64,000 nucleotides of DNA from Eledone cirrhosa (lineage: Eukaryota). Where the stretch lies: the NCBI GenBank assembly GCA_964016885.1, contig OZ024742.1:145328001-145392000 (forward strand). The letters run 5' to 3'. Shown piece after piece: positions 42,262 through 54,503 of this stretch. A program made the position numbers and the translations under genes. A model generated the notes under the pieces. The model ran no database searches. It was not told the origin of the DNA and saw nothing but the letters and a program-made list of their open reading frames with translations. The stretch's first letter is position 1; each line of letters opens with the position of its first letter.

Positions 42262-43960
42262 CTACAAAAACAACAATAATGATTACATAGATACGCGCGG
42301 CAACTCAAATTTTGAGGAAAGAAACAGTCTATTATATCGACTCCTGTACGTGACTGATACTTTATTCTTTCGACCTTGGAAGGACAAAAGACAAAGTTAA
42401 TCTCAGTGGGATTTCAACCCATGACGTAAAAGCATTTTCTTCGACGCTCTAACAATACTATCAATTTCTTGTCTTGCCAAAAGCTTGAGGACAGAAATTT
42501 TGAAGGGAAGTTATAGGTAATTACATCGATCTCAGTACGTAAATGGTACTTATTGTATCAACTACAGAAGGGTAAAAGGCAAAGTTGACTATATTTTTAT
42601 ATGATGTAGTCAGTGGAGGAAAACAGCATTCATAATCTCTTTCTTGGCTTCTGAGACAAGTAGGAGAAAGATAAGCTTTCCTATCCTTAGACTGGAGACT
42701 TGACCTAAATGCTTCAAATAAAAGGGACTTAGCTAAAGACATTCACTGGTTACACCACGTGATTCTGTCTACCCACCCCCTCCAACAAAGAAAAAAAAAC
42801 AAGAACCGTTCCTCCGAAAGACTTCTGCACAGTTTTTACCTACTAAATTTCATTCGTGAGACTTTGATCATTCCGAGGTTATGGTAGATGACACTTACCA
42901 AAAGTGCAATGCAGTGGATCGGACGCGAAACCACGCAGTTGCGAAGCAAACTTCACAACCAGGTGGCTATGTGTGGCGTCATTTAAACACAGAATGAAAA
43001 AAAAGGGACGTTTTTAAATACAGCAAGGCATTGTGTCTGCTACTCTACCAATTCTACTAATTTACTAATTTAATGATAATTTCTAATTTAAGCACGAAGC
43101 CAGCAATTTGTGGAGAGGGGGAAAAGTTGATTATATCAACCCCAGTATGTGACTAGTACTTTATTTTATCGACTCCGGAAGGAAGAAAGACAAAGTTGAC
43201 TTCGGCAGGATTTGAACTCAGAACATAAAGGACCGTAACTAAATGCCACAAAGCATTTTGTCGTTATAAATATTCTACCAATCCTCCCCCATAATAATAA
43301 TGGTTTCTAATTTAGGCACAAGGCCAACAATTTGGGGAGAGGAAAATTGATTAAATCGACCCGTGTGTTATTGGTACTTTATTTTATCGACCCCGTAAGG
43401 ATGAAAGACAAAGCTAAGGCCCTTCTGAATTCAAATCCCGCCGAGGATAGATTTGCCTTTCATCGATGTACAGGATATATATACACCCTCTACGGAACTA
43501 CCTTGGGAACTTACCCACGGACATACACTCACAAAATTTTCTCTCAAAACGTATAAACACCAACACACACGTGCGTACCTCCACTCAGCCTCCGGAATCC
43601 TCTTCCACCCTCCCCCACCCCTCTGACTCCTCCCCATCCACACGCACACACACACCGACCTACACCCCCCCCCCCCCACACCTTTTCCTGAACATGGAAC
43701 CTCGTTCTTCCCCCAACTCTCACACACACACACACACACGTACACCTACACACATACACCACCTTCAGCCCTCCCCGCTCGGACACCCCGCCTCCCTCCC
43801 CTACACGCCCCACACCCTCCCACCACTTGTTTATCTTCATTTTTATTTTTATTTATTTTTTTTTTATTTGTACCCCTTCCACCGTTTCCCCCCCCCCCTT
43901 TTTTCTAAATGTCTCTCCTCCACTCCCCTACAAACCCTCGGAACTCTCTTCCCACCCACT

Positions 43961-43995
43961 TTTCGCCTGAAGAAGGGCTTATGCCCGAAACGTCG
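43961..43995 (+). ncRNA. Hammerhead-like core in a Penelope-like terminal region (about 43470-44110)
   Basis: CUGAAGA-A-GGGC-UUAU-GCCC-GAAACGUC followed by AATAAA at about 44030 and (TA)n; stem I not clearly resolved. Confidence 0.5.
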
Positions 43996-44270
43996 TTCCC
44001 CCCACCCCCACTCTCAAGAGCGTGAAACTAATAAACCTTTGTTTGTACTGCCTCTCTGTTTTGTTCCCGTTCCATTTTCCACTATATATAAGTGGGCGAA
44101 GAAAAAGATAGATTCCATATATATATATACATATAATGACGTATTATATTCGTTTTTTCCCGTTCTTTGCCAGGGAACGTTTCCACGAACCAAAGTATCG
44201 TCTTCCTGTCTTCCTCCGGTTGCAACGTTTTTTGAAATATTCACTTCTGCGCTCACAGATTGCCTTTGTT

Positions 44271-44321
44271 AGTTTCAGAAGATCCCGTTAAGGGTGAAAG
44301 CAACGATTCTTTGCTTAAACT
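44271..44321 (+). ncRNA. Hammerhead-like fold with mutated core (CAGAAGA)
   Basis: Stem I AGUUU/AAACU, stem II CCC/GGG, GAAA, stem III AGCAA/UUGCU; same family as the 33284-33420 palindrome, whose core is CUGAAGA. Confidence 0.5.
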
Positions 44322-44336
44322 TTAATCTGTTATTTT

Positions 44337-44389
<53 letters not shown>

Positions 44390-44557
44390 AACGATCGACT
44401 TTCGTCAAATCGGACAGAGGAAACAATGTTTCCGTTGGTCTTTCCAATTGCTAATACTATCTATCGGTCGCAACTCCAGGTAGAAGGAGCAGCATGAAAT
44501 AAAGTGTCTTGCTCAAGGACATAACGCATCGCCTGGTATATATATATATATATATAT

Positions 44558-45069
44558 AAAAGGAAAAAGGATGAAATCGAAAATCCAACTGGAGTCTTTT
44601 TTTTAAAAATATATTTATTTGGTTCCTTTACCGGTTTCGCAGTTCTTGCGCTTTTCAAAAGTAGAATTGAGATGGAGTGTTTGTGGTTTTTCTCCCATCT
44701 GGTTGGTGTTCGAATGTTACTTCTGTTTTATATGGAAAAAAAGTGCCTCGAAATGCTAGGTTTTTAGAGAAGTAATTTGGTTGGTTGATGACTGTTATGT
44801 GACGCGAAATTTATTATACTTATTCACATGACAGTCGTAAACCAACCAAATTACTTCTCTAAAAACCTAGCATTTCGAGCCACTTTTTTCCATATAAAAC
44901 AGAAGTAACATTCGAACACCAACCAGATGGGAGAAAAACCACAAACCCTCCATCTCAATTCTACTTTTGAAAAGCGCAAGAACTGCGAAACCGCTAAAGG
45001 AACCAAATAAATATATTTAAAAAAAAAAAGACTCCAGTTGCATTTTCGATTTCATCTTTTTTCCTTATA
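44558..45069. repeat. Foldback with about 245-bp arms carrying a UUGAAAA (U3-A8) hammerhead-like core
   Basis: Arms 44558-44802 / 44824-45069; core 44967-44991; the left arm reads GAAAC-CG-GUA-AAG, which can pair with upstream CUU. Confidence 0.88.
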
Positions 45070-45426
45070 CTTTCACTCGTGTAGGACACCTCGTTTATTT
45101 TTTATTTTGTAAAAAAACCTCACTTTCTAATATGTATATACATATAGTTTCAGAAGAATATTGCTTATAAGTAGTTGTTACGTGGTAACGTCTTGGGGAT
45201 AAGCTATTGATAAGATATTGCTTTTTAGTTAATTCTATTGACTGATTAATCGCTTAAGTTTATTTTAAAAACAACTTGGTCGAGAGCTTAATTCGTTTTG
45301 TGCGGTTTTTTGCAAATGTTTGCAATAACTACAGATGCTGAATTCACTGGCCAAAATAGGGGTTTTCTCCCCTTAGAATCTCACATGTGCTTTCATAACC
45401 TGCGAGATTCTGGCGCAAGAAGAAAA

Positions 45427-45558
45427 ACCTGTTGAGAAAGCGATGCTTTGTTCGATCATTATACCAAAAGCTTATTTTTTATAAGCAGACAGTATTATTG
45501 ATTTAGGTGTTGCAGAAACCCAATTTCGGAGTATTCCATCTTCCCCGAGGGTCCGGGT
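45427..45558 (+). ncRNA. Putative type-I hammerhead ribozyme, U3-A8 core variant
   Basis: Stem I ACCUG/CGGGU; UUGAGAA (45432); stem II GCGAUGCUU/AGGUGUUGC; GAAA (45515); stem III ACCC/GGGU plus UCGG/CCGA; GUC site 45551-45553. Confidence 0.7.
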
Positions 45559-45791
45559 AACTATTTCAATCATATCTCATTTTGTTTGACCCGTTTAGCT
45601 TGTTCGCTTTTTTGGCTCTGGTGGTTAATGGCTTCTTAACCATCGTCTCAGTTTGTATGACCATTTTAACTTATGTTTATAGCTCTGGTATCTTCTTCAT
45701 ATCCATGGAGCGCTTGTCTGCACAATATGGAAGTTGCGTTTCGCTAATTTCTGCACGCCGAAACGCGATTCTCGCTAAATTTATATATATT

Positions 45792-45854
<63 letters not shown>

Positions 45855-45964
45855 TTCATTCTTTATGAATATACATTTAACTTTGCTCTAAAATAATTCA
45901 GGGGCCATAATATATATATGGTTTGTTGTGTAACAGTATTATATATACTAAAATAATAACTTAC

Positions 45965-46162
45965 CGAGAGTCCGTAGTGTTCAGTAATTCCACGGCCTGT
46001 TTCTCCGAGGATTCCAAAGCTAAAGCTTTCATCGACCATCACACGTACTTTGTAAATGTCTCGGAATTCTACAATCTTCGGTAAAGGACATATATCTCCA
46101 ATGTTGAGGTACAATGCTTCGACGACAATTAGCTTTTTGGTCACTTTAGCTTGTTTCGGATT
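45965..46162 (-). CDS. SPTLC1: SPTLC1-like exon (NPKQAKVTKKLIVVEALYLNIGDICPLPKIVEFRDIYKVRVMVDESFSFGILGETGRGITEHYGLS)
   Basis: cacag|...|gtaag, 198 bp; strong match to SPTLC1 IVVEGLY.N.G.ICPLP and ES.SFGVLGEHGRGVTEHYG. Confidence 0.95.
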
Positions 46163-46336
46163 CTGTGTGGTAATTAGTTTATTAGATATTTATATAAAAA
46201 TGCAGTTATAAGTAAAAATGATTTCTAGCATTGGGCTGGTCTTCACAGACCAAGTCTCCATTTTAGTCGGATCTATCCAGCATTACAGTGGTGATCAAAC
46301 ACGACGGAATTTCTATGGAAGATTTGTCTTAACGTT

Positions 46337-46465
<129 letters not shown>

Positions 46466-46623
46466 ATACTTTGGGAGGGTCATGTTGCCAATAAGAAACA
46501 CACGCACCAGTTGCTTTCACTTCAATTTATTATATATTTATAAATTTATAAATTTACAAATCTACAAATTTATAAATTTCTGGTTGGTTGGTTGGTTCCA
46601 CAACCAGATAGTTGTTTATATAT

Positions 46624-46668
46624 AGTCATAGTCCTTTCGTCACACACTCTGTGACCTCTTCAGTGACT
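46624..46668 (-). ncRNA. Putative minimal type-I hammerhead ribozyme, sense to SPTLC1 pre-mRNA
   Basis: Stem I AGUCA/UGACU; CUGAAGA; stem II GUCACA/UGUGAC; GAAAG-GA-CUA. Enclosed by 45-bp perfect inverted repeats at 46458-46502 and 46702-46746. Confidence 0.7.
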
Positions 46669-46800
46669 GGGGATTCCTTTCTTTGTTTCTGTGCCTTTCC
46701 TTGTGTTTCTTATTGGCAACATGACCCTCCCAAAGTATAACAATATCGGTTTCAACACACGATTTCAGATAAAGAATCTTGCTAAACAAATTCAGAAACG

Positions 46801-46860
<60 letters not shown>

Positions 46861-46865
<5 letters not shown>

Positions 46866-47274
46866 TGTATGTATAGTATATTTGCCAATATACCGTATGT
46901 TTAATTAAAAACATTTAGAAGACCATTCGCTATCAGTTTTAAAATAGTGACTATGTCACCTACTTTTTTTTTCGGCAAAGGTAGGGAGAGATTGCTGGAC
47001 CGGCAATCGCTCTGTGTAATCAGCTCTTGATTATTACTCGACTGGAATTCTATAAGAATCCAGCTTCTATAATTGTCGGCAAAGGCAGGAGAGTGCGTGG
47101 TTTTGATAAACACGAAACAGCGAGAAACAGACTGTCAGCCTCTCTCCCTACCTTTGCCGGAAAGAAAATAAGTAAGTGACATAGTCACTACTTGAAAACT
47201 GATAGCCAATAGTCTTCTAAATGTGTTTAATTAAACATACGGTATATTGCCAAATATACTATACATACATTCAT
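46861..47274. repeat. Inverted repeat (about 130-bp arms) with a central UUGAUAA...GAAAC..GUC hammerhead-like motif
   Basis: Arms 46861-46990 / 47141-47274. Motif 47099-47140 has stem I GGUU/AGCC, extendable by 47075-47093 pairing with 47142-47160; stem II is weak. Confidence 0.7.
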
Positions 47275-47330
47275 GTATACATCGCTATTTCAGAGCACCA
47301 ATACTAATATATATATATATATATATATAT

Positions 47331-47522
47331 AACGAAGGAAATGTGGTAAGGAACCAGGTGGACCATAACGCACCAAAGTACTCAATACTTAGGGTAGTAG
47401 AGTGGGTAATAGGAACGAGTAGGACCCCGACGGCTGAGCTCAAGCCGGTTCAACGGCTAATTCTGGACTCCAGAATTAGCCGTCGAAACGGCTTGAGCTC
47501 AGCCGTCGGGGTCCTACTGGTT

Positions 47523-47525
<3 letters not shown>
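47331..47525. repeat. Asymmetric foldback, opposite-orientation twin of 32697-32889
   Basis: Centre at 47468; long arm is the reverse complement of 30357-30490; in (TA)n. Confidence 0.85.
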
Positions 47526-47581
<56 letters not shown>

Positions 47582-47657
47582 ATGATACTATGCTCCCCAA
47601 GAGCATCGAGTGTGCTCACCCAGCACACCGCCTACGGACGTAATTAACTTGCACCTT

Positions 47658-47761
<104 letters not shown>

Positions 47762-48285
47762 TAATATAGCGCAAACTTATACAGTAGAAGGTAGCAGAGA
47801 AGCACTGTCCTGATGAAAGCCATTAGGTCGAAATGCGGAATTCGCTAATCGGCGCTGGCCGTCAGCCTTTCAATATTCATAGCTGGGCTTTCAAAATATT
47901 CATAGCTGGGCTTTTAAACATACCATATATCTTTAGATATACGAAATTCATATACTGAATCCTCCAACGAGATATACCTTGGAGGGGGCCAGCGGAACCT
48001 GCATAGGTGTGAGCTGTCACACTCACAGATATGTTGAAGCTAAATTTTTAGGCTAATACTTTTTTTTTTAATTACAAAGATCCTTTTTATGTAGAGTCAA
48101 GCAGATGATAGCTACATTTCGATCTGAATAGGGAGGGATGAAAAGAAAATGGACTGTGCTAGTTATATGCTAGTTATAGGTATAAGGTTGAGCAGTTTGT
48201 TAGATGTTCTAACGATTCTTCCAGCCCACCATCAGTACTCATTAGTGAAACACTTCCTTCCCAAGAAAATAAAGATATGATTTAC

Positions 48286-48415
48286 CTGTCTTTCCCATTC
48301 TTGATGTTCGATGAGTAATTGTTCGAGGTGTTCCATATCGTTGTGGCGAAAGAAATGAAACTTGCTGCGGGATACTCTTAAACCTTGTGTGACAGCGAAA
48401 GACGCGCCCATATCA
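48286..48415 (-). CDS. SPTLC1: SPTLC1-like exon (DMGASFAVTQGLRVSRSKFHFFRHNDMEHLEQLLIEHQEWERQ)
   Basis: ttacag|...|gtaaa, 130 bp; GL..SRS....F.HNDM..LE.LL motif. Confidence 0.95.
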
Positions 48416-48587
48416 CTGTAAATAAAAGTAGTATAATGGTGATATGTCTTAGATTGAGTTGTCATGGTGGTGCTGTTAAGGCACATGAATATGTATGTAT
48501 GTATGTATTTTTTTTTTTTCACCTGGGAGTGAAAAGCCCCCAGTCGTTGTCACAACACCTTTCTAAGAGAGGGAAACTCTGAAAAAA

Positions 48588-49530
48588 ACCTGCGACTTCG
48601 GAAACATCCGATGATGTTGACCAGTTCTCCTTTTCAGGTAGTGTTTCCGATCCTCAGAGAGTGGGGATTGGTCGAATGCACTTAAAAAACCTTCAAAGCA
48701 CAGGCATTGCTTGTTCAGGATATGTTACAGGTTCGTGTGGCTGGCCGTAGCCTAAAGGTGCACCATTTTCTGTAATCTGACAAGCAATTGCAATACTCTT
48801 AACAGAGTTTGCAGCCACCATGTATGTATGTATACATGTATATGCGCAACCCTGATGGTATCCAATGATGTTGACTTGTCCTTCTTTTTTGGTAAATATC
48901 ATCTTGGTTAAGAGAGTGGGACTGGCTTTGTGCAGTGCCTTTGCTCACTATAAAAGCTTCACGGCACAGGCATTGCTTTATATCTGGAGATCTCTCTGCA
49001 CTTGTCGTCACATGGTACCAAAGGCAAAGCACTATGTGTCAATAATTGTCACAAGTGTGGTGTTTGTACCAGAGTTTTCAAGTCGCTGGCTGGACTAAAA
49101 AGTCACACTCGTTCAGCTCATCGGTAGGGGTTCTCCTACATGGATATAAAGTAGTGGCCGTACTCGAAAACGAGTTGGCAGCCACCATATGCGCGGAGAC
49201 ATAGAAATCGATCACGCGGTTAAACCACTGAGAGTGAAGGATCCCTAGCCTTTGTCAGGGCATTCTTCAAGGAGAAGGCAACTCAGGAAGCTGGGATAAC
49301 TCCGATATAAAACCTGCGGCTCAGTAGTTGCCGATGATGTTGATCGATCTTTTCTTCTTTTCGGGTTATAGCTACTGTCGCTCAGAGAGTGAGATTGGCT
49401 CAGTGCACAGTCTTTCCTCACTTTAAAAAATATCTTCACGCACAGGCATTGCACGATAGAATTAATTAATAATTATTAATAATGGTATATCGTGAAATGG
49501 CCATACTCGATAACGAGGGGGCAGCCATCA
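48588..49530 (+). mobile_element. Three diverged tandem copies of a short repeat with an RTE-like 3' end
   Basis: Shared AACC..CCRATGATGTTGA..AGAGAGTG..GCACAGGCATTGC blocks at 48588, 48848 and 49309, each later followed by GCAGCCAYCAT. C2H2-like CGVCTRVFKSLAGLKSHTRSAH at about 49056-49121. Confidence 0.55.
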
Positions 49531-50179
49531 TGTATACATGTATGTATGTGTGTATGTACGTATGTATGTATGTGGTGATGCGTTATGTCCTTGAGTAAGA
49601 TATTACTAGAAATTTGAATAGCCAGTCTTGTACCATACTGTGTCACAGTTAGTCTTCCTGGGAATTACGTTAAGGGTACACGGATCTGTGGAATGCTCAG
49701 TCACTTACACATTAATTTCACGAGCAGGATATTCCGTTAGCAGAATAGGTCCACGATCCAAAAACAAGTACAATCTATTCATTAGACCTCCACGCACACT
49801 CCATCTACAAAAATTCGACAGGTAAGTGCTTGATTTTATTTTTTCCAGAGTTTAAACAGTTAGTTTCAAATCTCGAAATAGTTAGCCTAAAATATTATCA
49901 CTTAGTTCGTGGATGTCGTTAGCAGAGTCCCTCCTGTTGCAAACAATCAGGCTAGATTTTTGGTTTCATGATAACCTCTCTTCTAGGAAGGCCCTGGAAA
50001 GGTTATAAGTGCTGCTCTGTCTCCTCCGAAGAAGTGATAAATAAGAATTTAACCAAGAATTGCCGAAGTAGATCGTGGAATGGAAGATTTATGAAGTATT
50101 TGATAAATACAGTTAATGGGAATACCGTGGAGTTGAAAATGTTTACAATTCATTACATTTACACAGTCAATGCACTTAC

Positions 50180-50312
50180 CAAAATATGACGTCGTTACGT
50201 TTTGAATATGTGGCCATTGCACTTGTAATAGTGAGAAATCCATGTGAGTATAAAACAGCCATTTCAGTATCCAGATACTCACAGAATCGTTCTTCGCATT
50301 CTAAGTGTGTAT
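50180..50312 (-). CDS. SPTLC1: SPTLC1-like exon (DTHLECEERFCEYLDTEMAVLYSHGFLTITSAMATYSKRNDVIF)
   Basis: catag|...|gtaag, 133 bp; aligns to [44 protein letters not shown]. Confidence 0.93.
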
Positions 50313-53298
50313 CTATGAAAATATAGTCATTAATAAAAAAAAAAATTTTTTTAACCTTAGTTTAGTTTCTATATTTTACTCAGAAAACATATACAGCTTC
50401 AAGCAAAAGAAAATGTTTCTATGTTGTCGCTAAACCTGCTAGAAATAGCGACTAAATCGTCTTCAAAATACACCGTACAATCTTCAAAAAGAAGGACAAA
50501 TTTGATGCGAGAAGTGCTGGCGCGTTAGTACTGTTCATCGTTGGCAATATACTGTACTACATAATAAACCTACAGATTACATGTGTGTAAATTTATTAAA
50601 TTTATTTAAGTCAATGAACAGATAATTATTTTATGCAATCTCGCCGTAAAAAGAAAAGTTAAGATATCAGCTGGACTAGTCTCAATCTCCACTGAGATTT
50701 CATTAGCAACCGACTACACTTCTTTCACTGTTTATTGTGATATTGTATTTACAGCCCCTATTATCAAGGGCTTCATTAAATCGGATACACCAATTTACAT
50801 AAATGACGCTTTCTTGGCAGCTAGATCCATTGATAAATTACTTTCGCGTTAACAGTGTTAATTTTTAATGTTATGTTGGATTTCAGAATAAATCTATACA
50901 CGAACACTGTGTGTGTAAATTAATTAGACTTATTTAAATACATATTTTTAAAGCAATTTTGAAATTGTATTTAAACAGTGAAATTGTATTTTAAAATGTC
51001 ATTTACAACTGTTCAGTGTATTTATTTAAACTTAATTATACAACACTGTATGTAGTGTTGGTTTAAATCTATATGTTTAATCTGTAGAATAAATATTGTC
51101 AAATTGGATTCAATATACTCTATCTGAAAAAAGATGGGACAGTCACGACTGGAACCTTTTTGATTATAGCTCTACTCGATCAGAACATACTTGGAGCTAG
51201 ACATCCATAACAACATCAACAATTTGTATTTATCCATTGCATTATTTGATTTCGGAAAGACGCCACATTTCTTATTGCAAAAGGAAAGCTCAAATGAATA
51301 ACTTTTTTAGATTAGACTATTTTGATTAATTTCTATATTGAACTGAAGGTTGTGCTGGTATAAAAATAAGTTTCAGAATAGTATGGAACAAATACAGAAA
51401 ATTGAGTTGTTCATGGAACTTTCATATTGGCAGTAAATAACCTATTTGAATATTATACGAAATCAGTTTGTTTCTCCTCAATCAAAAATCAATAAAATGA
51501 TTACCAAAGTACTAGAGTCAATATAACCAACTAAAGCCATAGATGCGGTGCTCCGGCATGACCGCAGTCCATTGACTGAAACGAGTAAAATAGTAAATGA
51601 TACTATGTATATCTCTAACTTCCAGTTCACAAATAGAGCTAAATACGCGAAATGTAATTAGAAAAGTAAGTTGGCTGGTTCAAATGAAACAAAATAACAG
51701 TTAAATACTAACTCAGAAACACGTTCCAGCCTGGATTAGAAATGTTGTCTTTGCTAATTGACTTAATATAGAGTGGTTATATTTGGGCGGGTCATGTTGT
51801 CCTAATATTGCCAAAAATAGTAATATGGAGTATAATAAGCTGTCTTTCCACATTTATGTACGGCTTTTGCCAGCTTTTCATTATTCTGTGATTCAGAATA
51901 GTGGCATATATGAAAACGTGTACAATATGTTTATGTATAATGGCTTCTTATTTAGGTACAAGGCCAACAATTTAGGGAGGGAGTCGATTAAATCCACCCC
52001 AGTGCGTTATTGGTACTTTATTTTATTGACCCCGTAAGGATGAAAGGCAAGGCTAACCTTGGCTGGATTTGAACTCAGAACATAAAGAACCGTAACTCTA
52101 TGCCGCAAAGCATCGAGTTCGACGCTCTACCGGTACTGTCAATCCACCACCCTAATATGTTTATGTATAATAAACAGACATGATCGCTGTGAGTATTTTA
52201 AGCTGTGATCACATAACAGCTATCTCAGTAACCTGATGAAAACACCGAATACATGTATCTCAGAATCATTAATCTATCATCAGGGACGCTTGCTCTCACG
52301 GTATTGAGGTAAAGAAACTAATAGTTTCTTGTACATTGATTTTGCAAATACTACATTTTCACTGATGTCTTATTTGCATACTGGGAAACTTAATGAGCTA
52401 GTATTAATTAGCAGTATCACTAACACAGCGGGATTCCGTGCAGAGACGTATATGAAAGTATTTACAATGTGTTTATGTATAAGAAATATATATAGTCTCG
52501 ATGTGAGTATTTTAAACTGCCTCAGTAACCACGTGAGAATGCAAGGAATCACTCACGTCTCCCCACCTCCTATATAACTAATGATAGTAAGTGAATGCTA
52601 ATTATTAAAAGGTAAACAAGTGTTTTCTGGGCTCAGCATTTATAAAAAAAATATACCGGCCGTTCTCCGATAATTTTATCGTTGAATCCATAGCAGTGAA
52701 ACCATCTGGCACCATGGGTTCCTGAACCCCTCCCTACTTACTGCAATCGGAACGGAGATGGCCATCCGCAAGAACTAGCCTCGCAAGTTGGACCAGCTGT
52801 TTCAGAGCATTTCCCTTGCTATCTTCCAGGTTAACACACTCACAATTTTGTCCACAGGGATCATGATGAAACATTTATCTGATGAGAGGATATATTATTG
52901 TCAGAGAATAGAGTTGTCTCCCTTCGTGATTTTATAACAAAGTGTAATACAGATACAAATATGGAATTTAACTAAAAACACATAAATAAATTAAATTGTT
53001 ACTTCATAAATGTTTCAGATGTGAGGGTGAAGCTGATTCTTATTAAATAAGATGTCTTACTATGTCTTATTATACTGGCATGTTAACAAAGTATATCAAT
53101 AAGCCAGCGAGGATATTTCTACATAGTCGTTTACCCTGATTTTAAAAAAAAATGGATGACATATTGGATAATGCTCTCTCAGGCACAGTATCAAACTCAA
53201 GTACGGGATGGTCTGCTGGATCATGGCTGGTTTGGAATTTAAAAACAACACTGATATATGATAATAATAGTAAATATGTCTCCGAAACATTATCTTAC

Positions 53299-53371
53299 CT
53301 GTGGTGCCATAGAACCCGCGTGGTCCACATGTACCTACACCATAGTACCTCAACCGCTTTATACTTTCTTT
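53299..53371 (-). CDS. SPTLC1: SPTLC1-like exon (KESIKRLRYYGVGTCGPRGFYGTT)
   Basis: tttcag|...|gtaag, 73 bp; YGVGTCGPRGFYGT is the LCB1 signature. Confidence 0.96.
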
Positions 53372-54235
53372 CTGAAATTAAGAGTACATTATTATTGATT
53401 TTTAATTGAGGCACAGCAAATTTGGGAGGAAGGGCAAAGTTGATCTCGGTGGAATTTGAACTCAAAACATAAAGAGTCAGAACAAGTACTGCAATGGCAT
53501 TTTATACGACAGTCTACCAATTCTGCTAATCCAAACCCCTAGAGTAGATTCTTATTAATCTTGAGGGTGGTGGATTGGCAGAATCGGTAGAGCGTTGGTC
53601 AACATGCTTTGCGATATATATTTAGGTCACTTTTCATTCTGAGTTCAAATCCCGTTGAAGTTACCTTTGCCTTTCGTCCTTAAAATCATTGGTCTTGTGC
53701 CTAAATCGGAAACCATGGTGGATTGGCAGTATCGGTAAAATGTGGGACGCCATGCTTTTCAGCATAGAGTTACGGCCCTTTATGGTCTGAATTCAAATCC
53801 AGCCGAGGTTAACTTTGCCTTTTATCCTTGCGGGGTCGATAAAACAAAACACCAGTAATGAGCTGGGATAATTGCTGGCCTTGTGCCAAAAAGTAGAAAG
53901 AATTGTAATTTATACCGTTATTAAGTAGGTGATTTTGTCGGATTTGTTCGAGACGTTTGGCGAAGCTGGGCCGCTAACAACGACGTTCTTGTCATTGTTG
54001 GCCGACCAATTAACCGATGTATCAGGGAATGCACGTAGTTATGATTCCAGCGTCTTAGCCTCGCTATCACCTGGCTTGCCTCAAAAATTATTATAGAGAA
54101 ACCTGTTTTTTTTAATGTATGTATGTATGTATGTATGTATGTATGTATGTATGTATGTATGTATGTGTGAATGCATGCATGTATGTATGCATGTATGTAT
54201 GTGTGTATGTAACATAGATATTTCAAATCTCTTAC

Positions 54236-54329
54236 TTCAACAGATTTGTCACCAAGTAAACCAAGGAAGTTAAACGTCGCCATGTTGATACACTCTTTCC
54301 CGTTGATTTTTAAAGTTTTACCAGCACAT
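54236..54329 (-). CDS. SPTLC1: SPTLC1-like exon (CAGKTLKINGKECINMATFNFLGLLGDKSVE); most 5' exon found in the window
   Basis: catag|...|gtaag, 94 bp; NGKECIN.A.FNFLGLL matches SPTLC1. Confidence 0.95.
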
Positions 54330-54462
54330 CTATGAAGCAGAAAAAGCAATTTGTTTATCTCTTTACAAACATAACGACTTTTACAGACATAAAGCCTCAG
54401 TTATATAAAATAGACAAATAGACAGACTGACAGACAAACAGATAGACAGATATGTTGGCAGG

Positions 54463-54463
54463 C

Positions 54464-54503
<40 letters not shown>
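54463..54503. repeat. (GATA)n microsatellite at the 3' end of a Tx1-like element (second tract at 59544-59618)
   Basis: Seen directly. Confidence 0.95.

Noticed and set aside
44387-44450. Minus-strand GGAAAGA...GAAAGTCGATC beside (TA)n
   Set aside because: Core too degenerate and cleavage triplet not in register.
47810-47840. CTGATGA-AAGCCATTAGGTC-GAAAT as a complete ribozyme
   Set aside because: Core and stem II are plausible but no NUH site or stem I follows; counted only as a partial core.
52233-52885. CTGATGA at 52233 and 52879 as further hammerheads
   Set aside because: No properly placed stem II plus GAAA plus NUH and stem I could be built.
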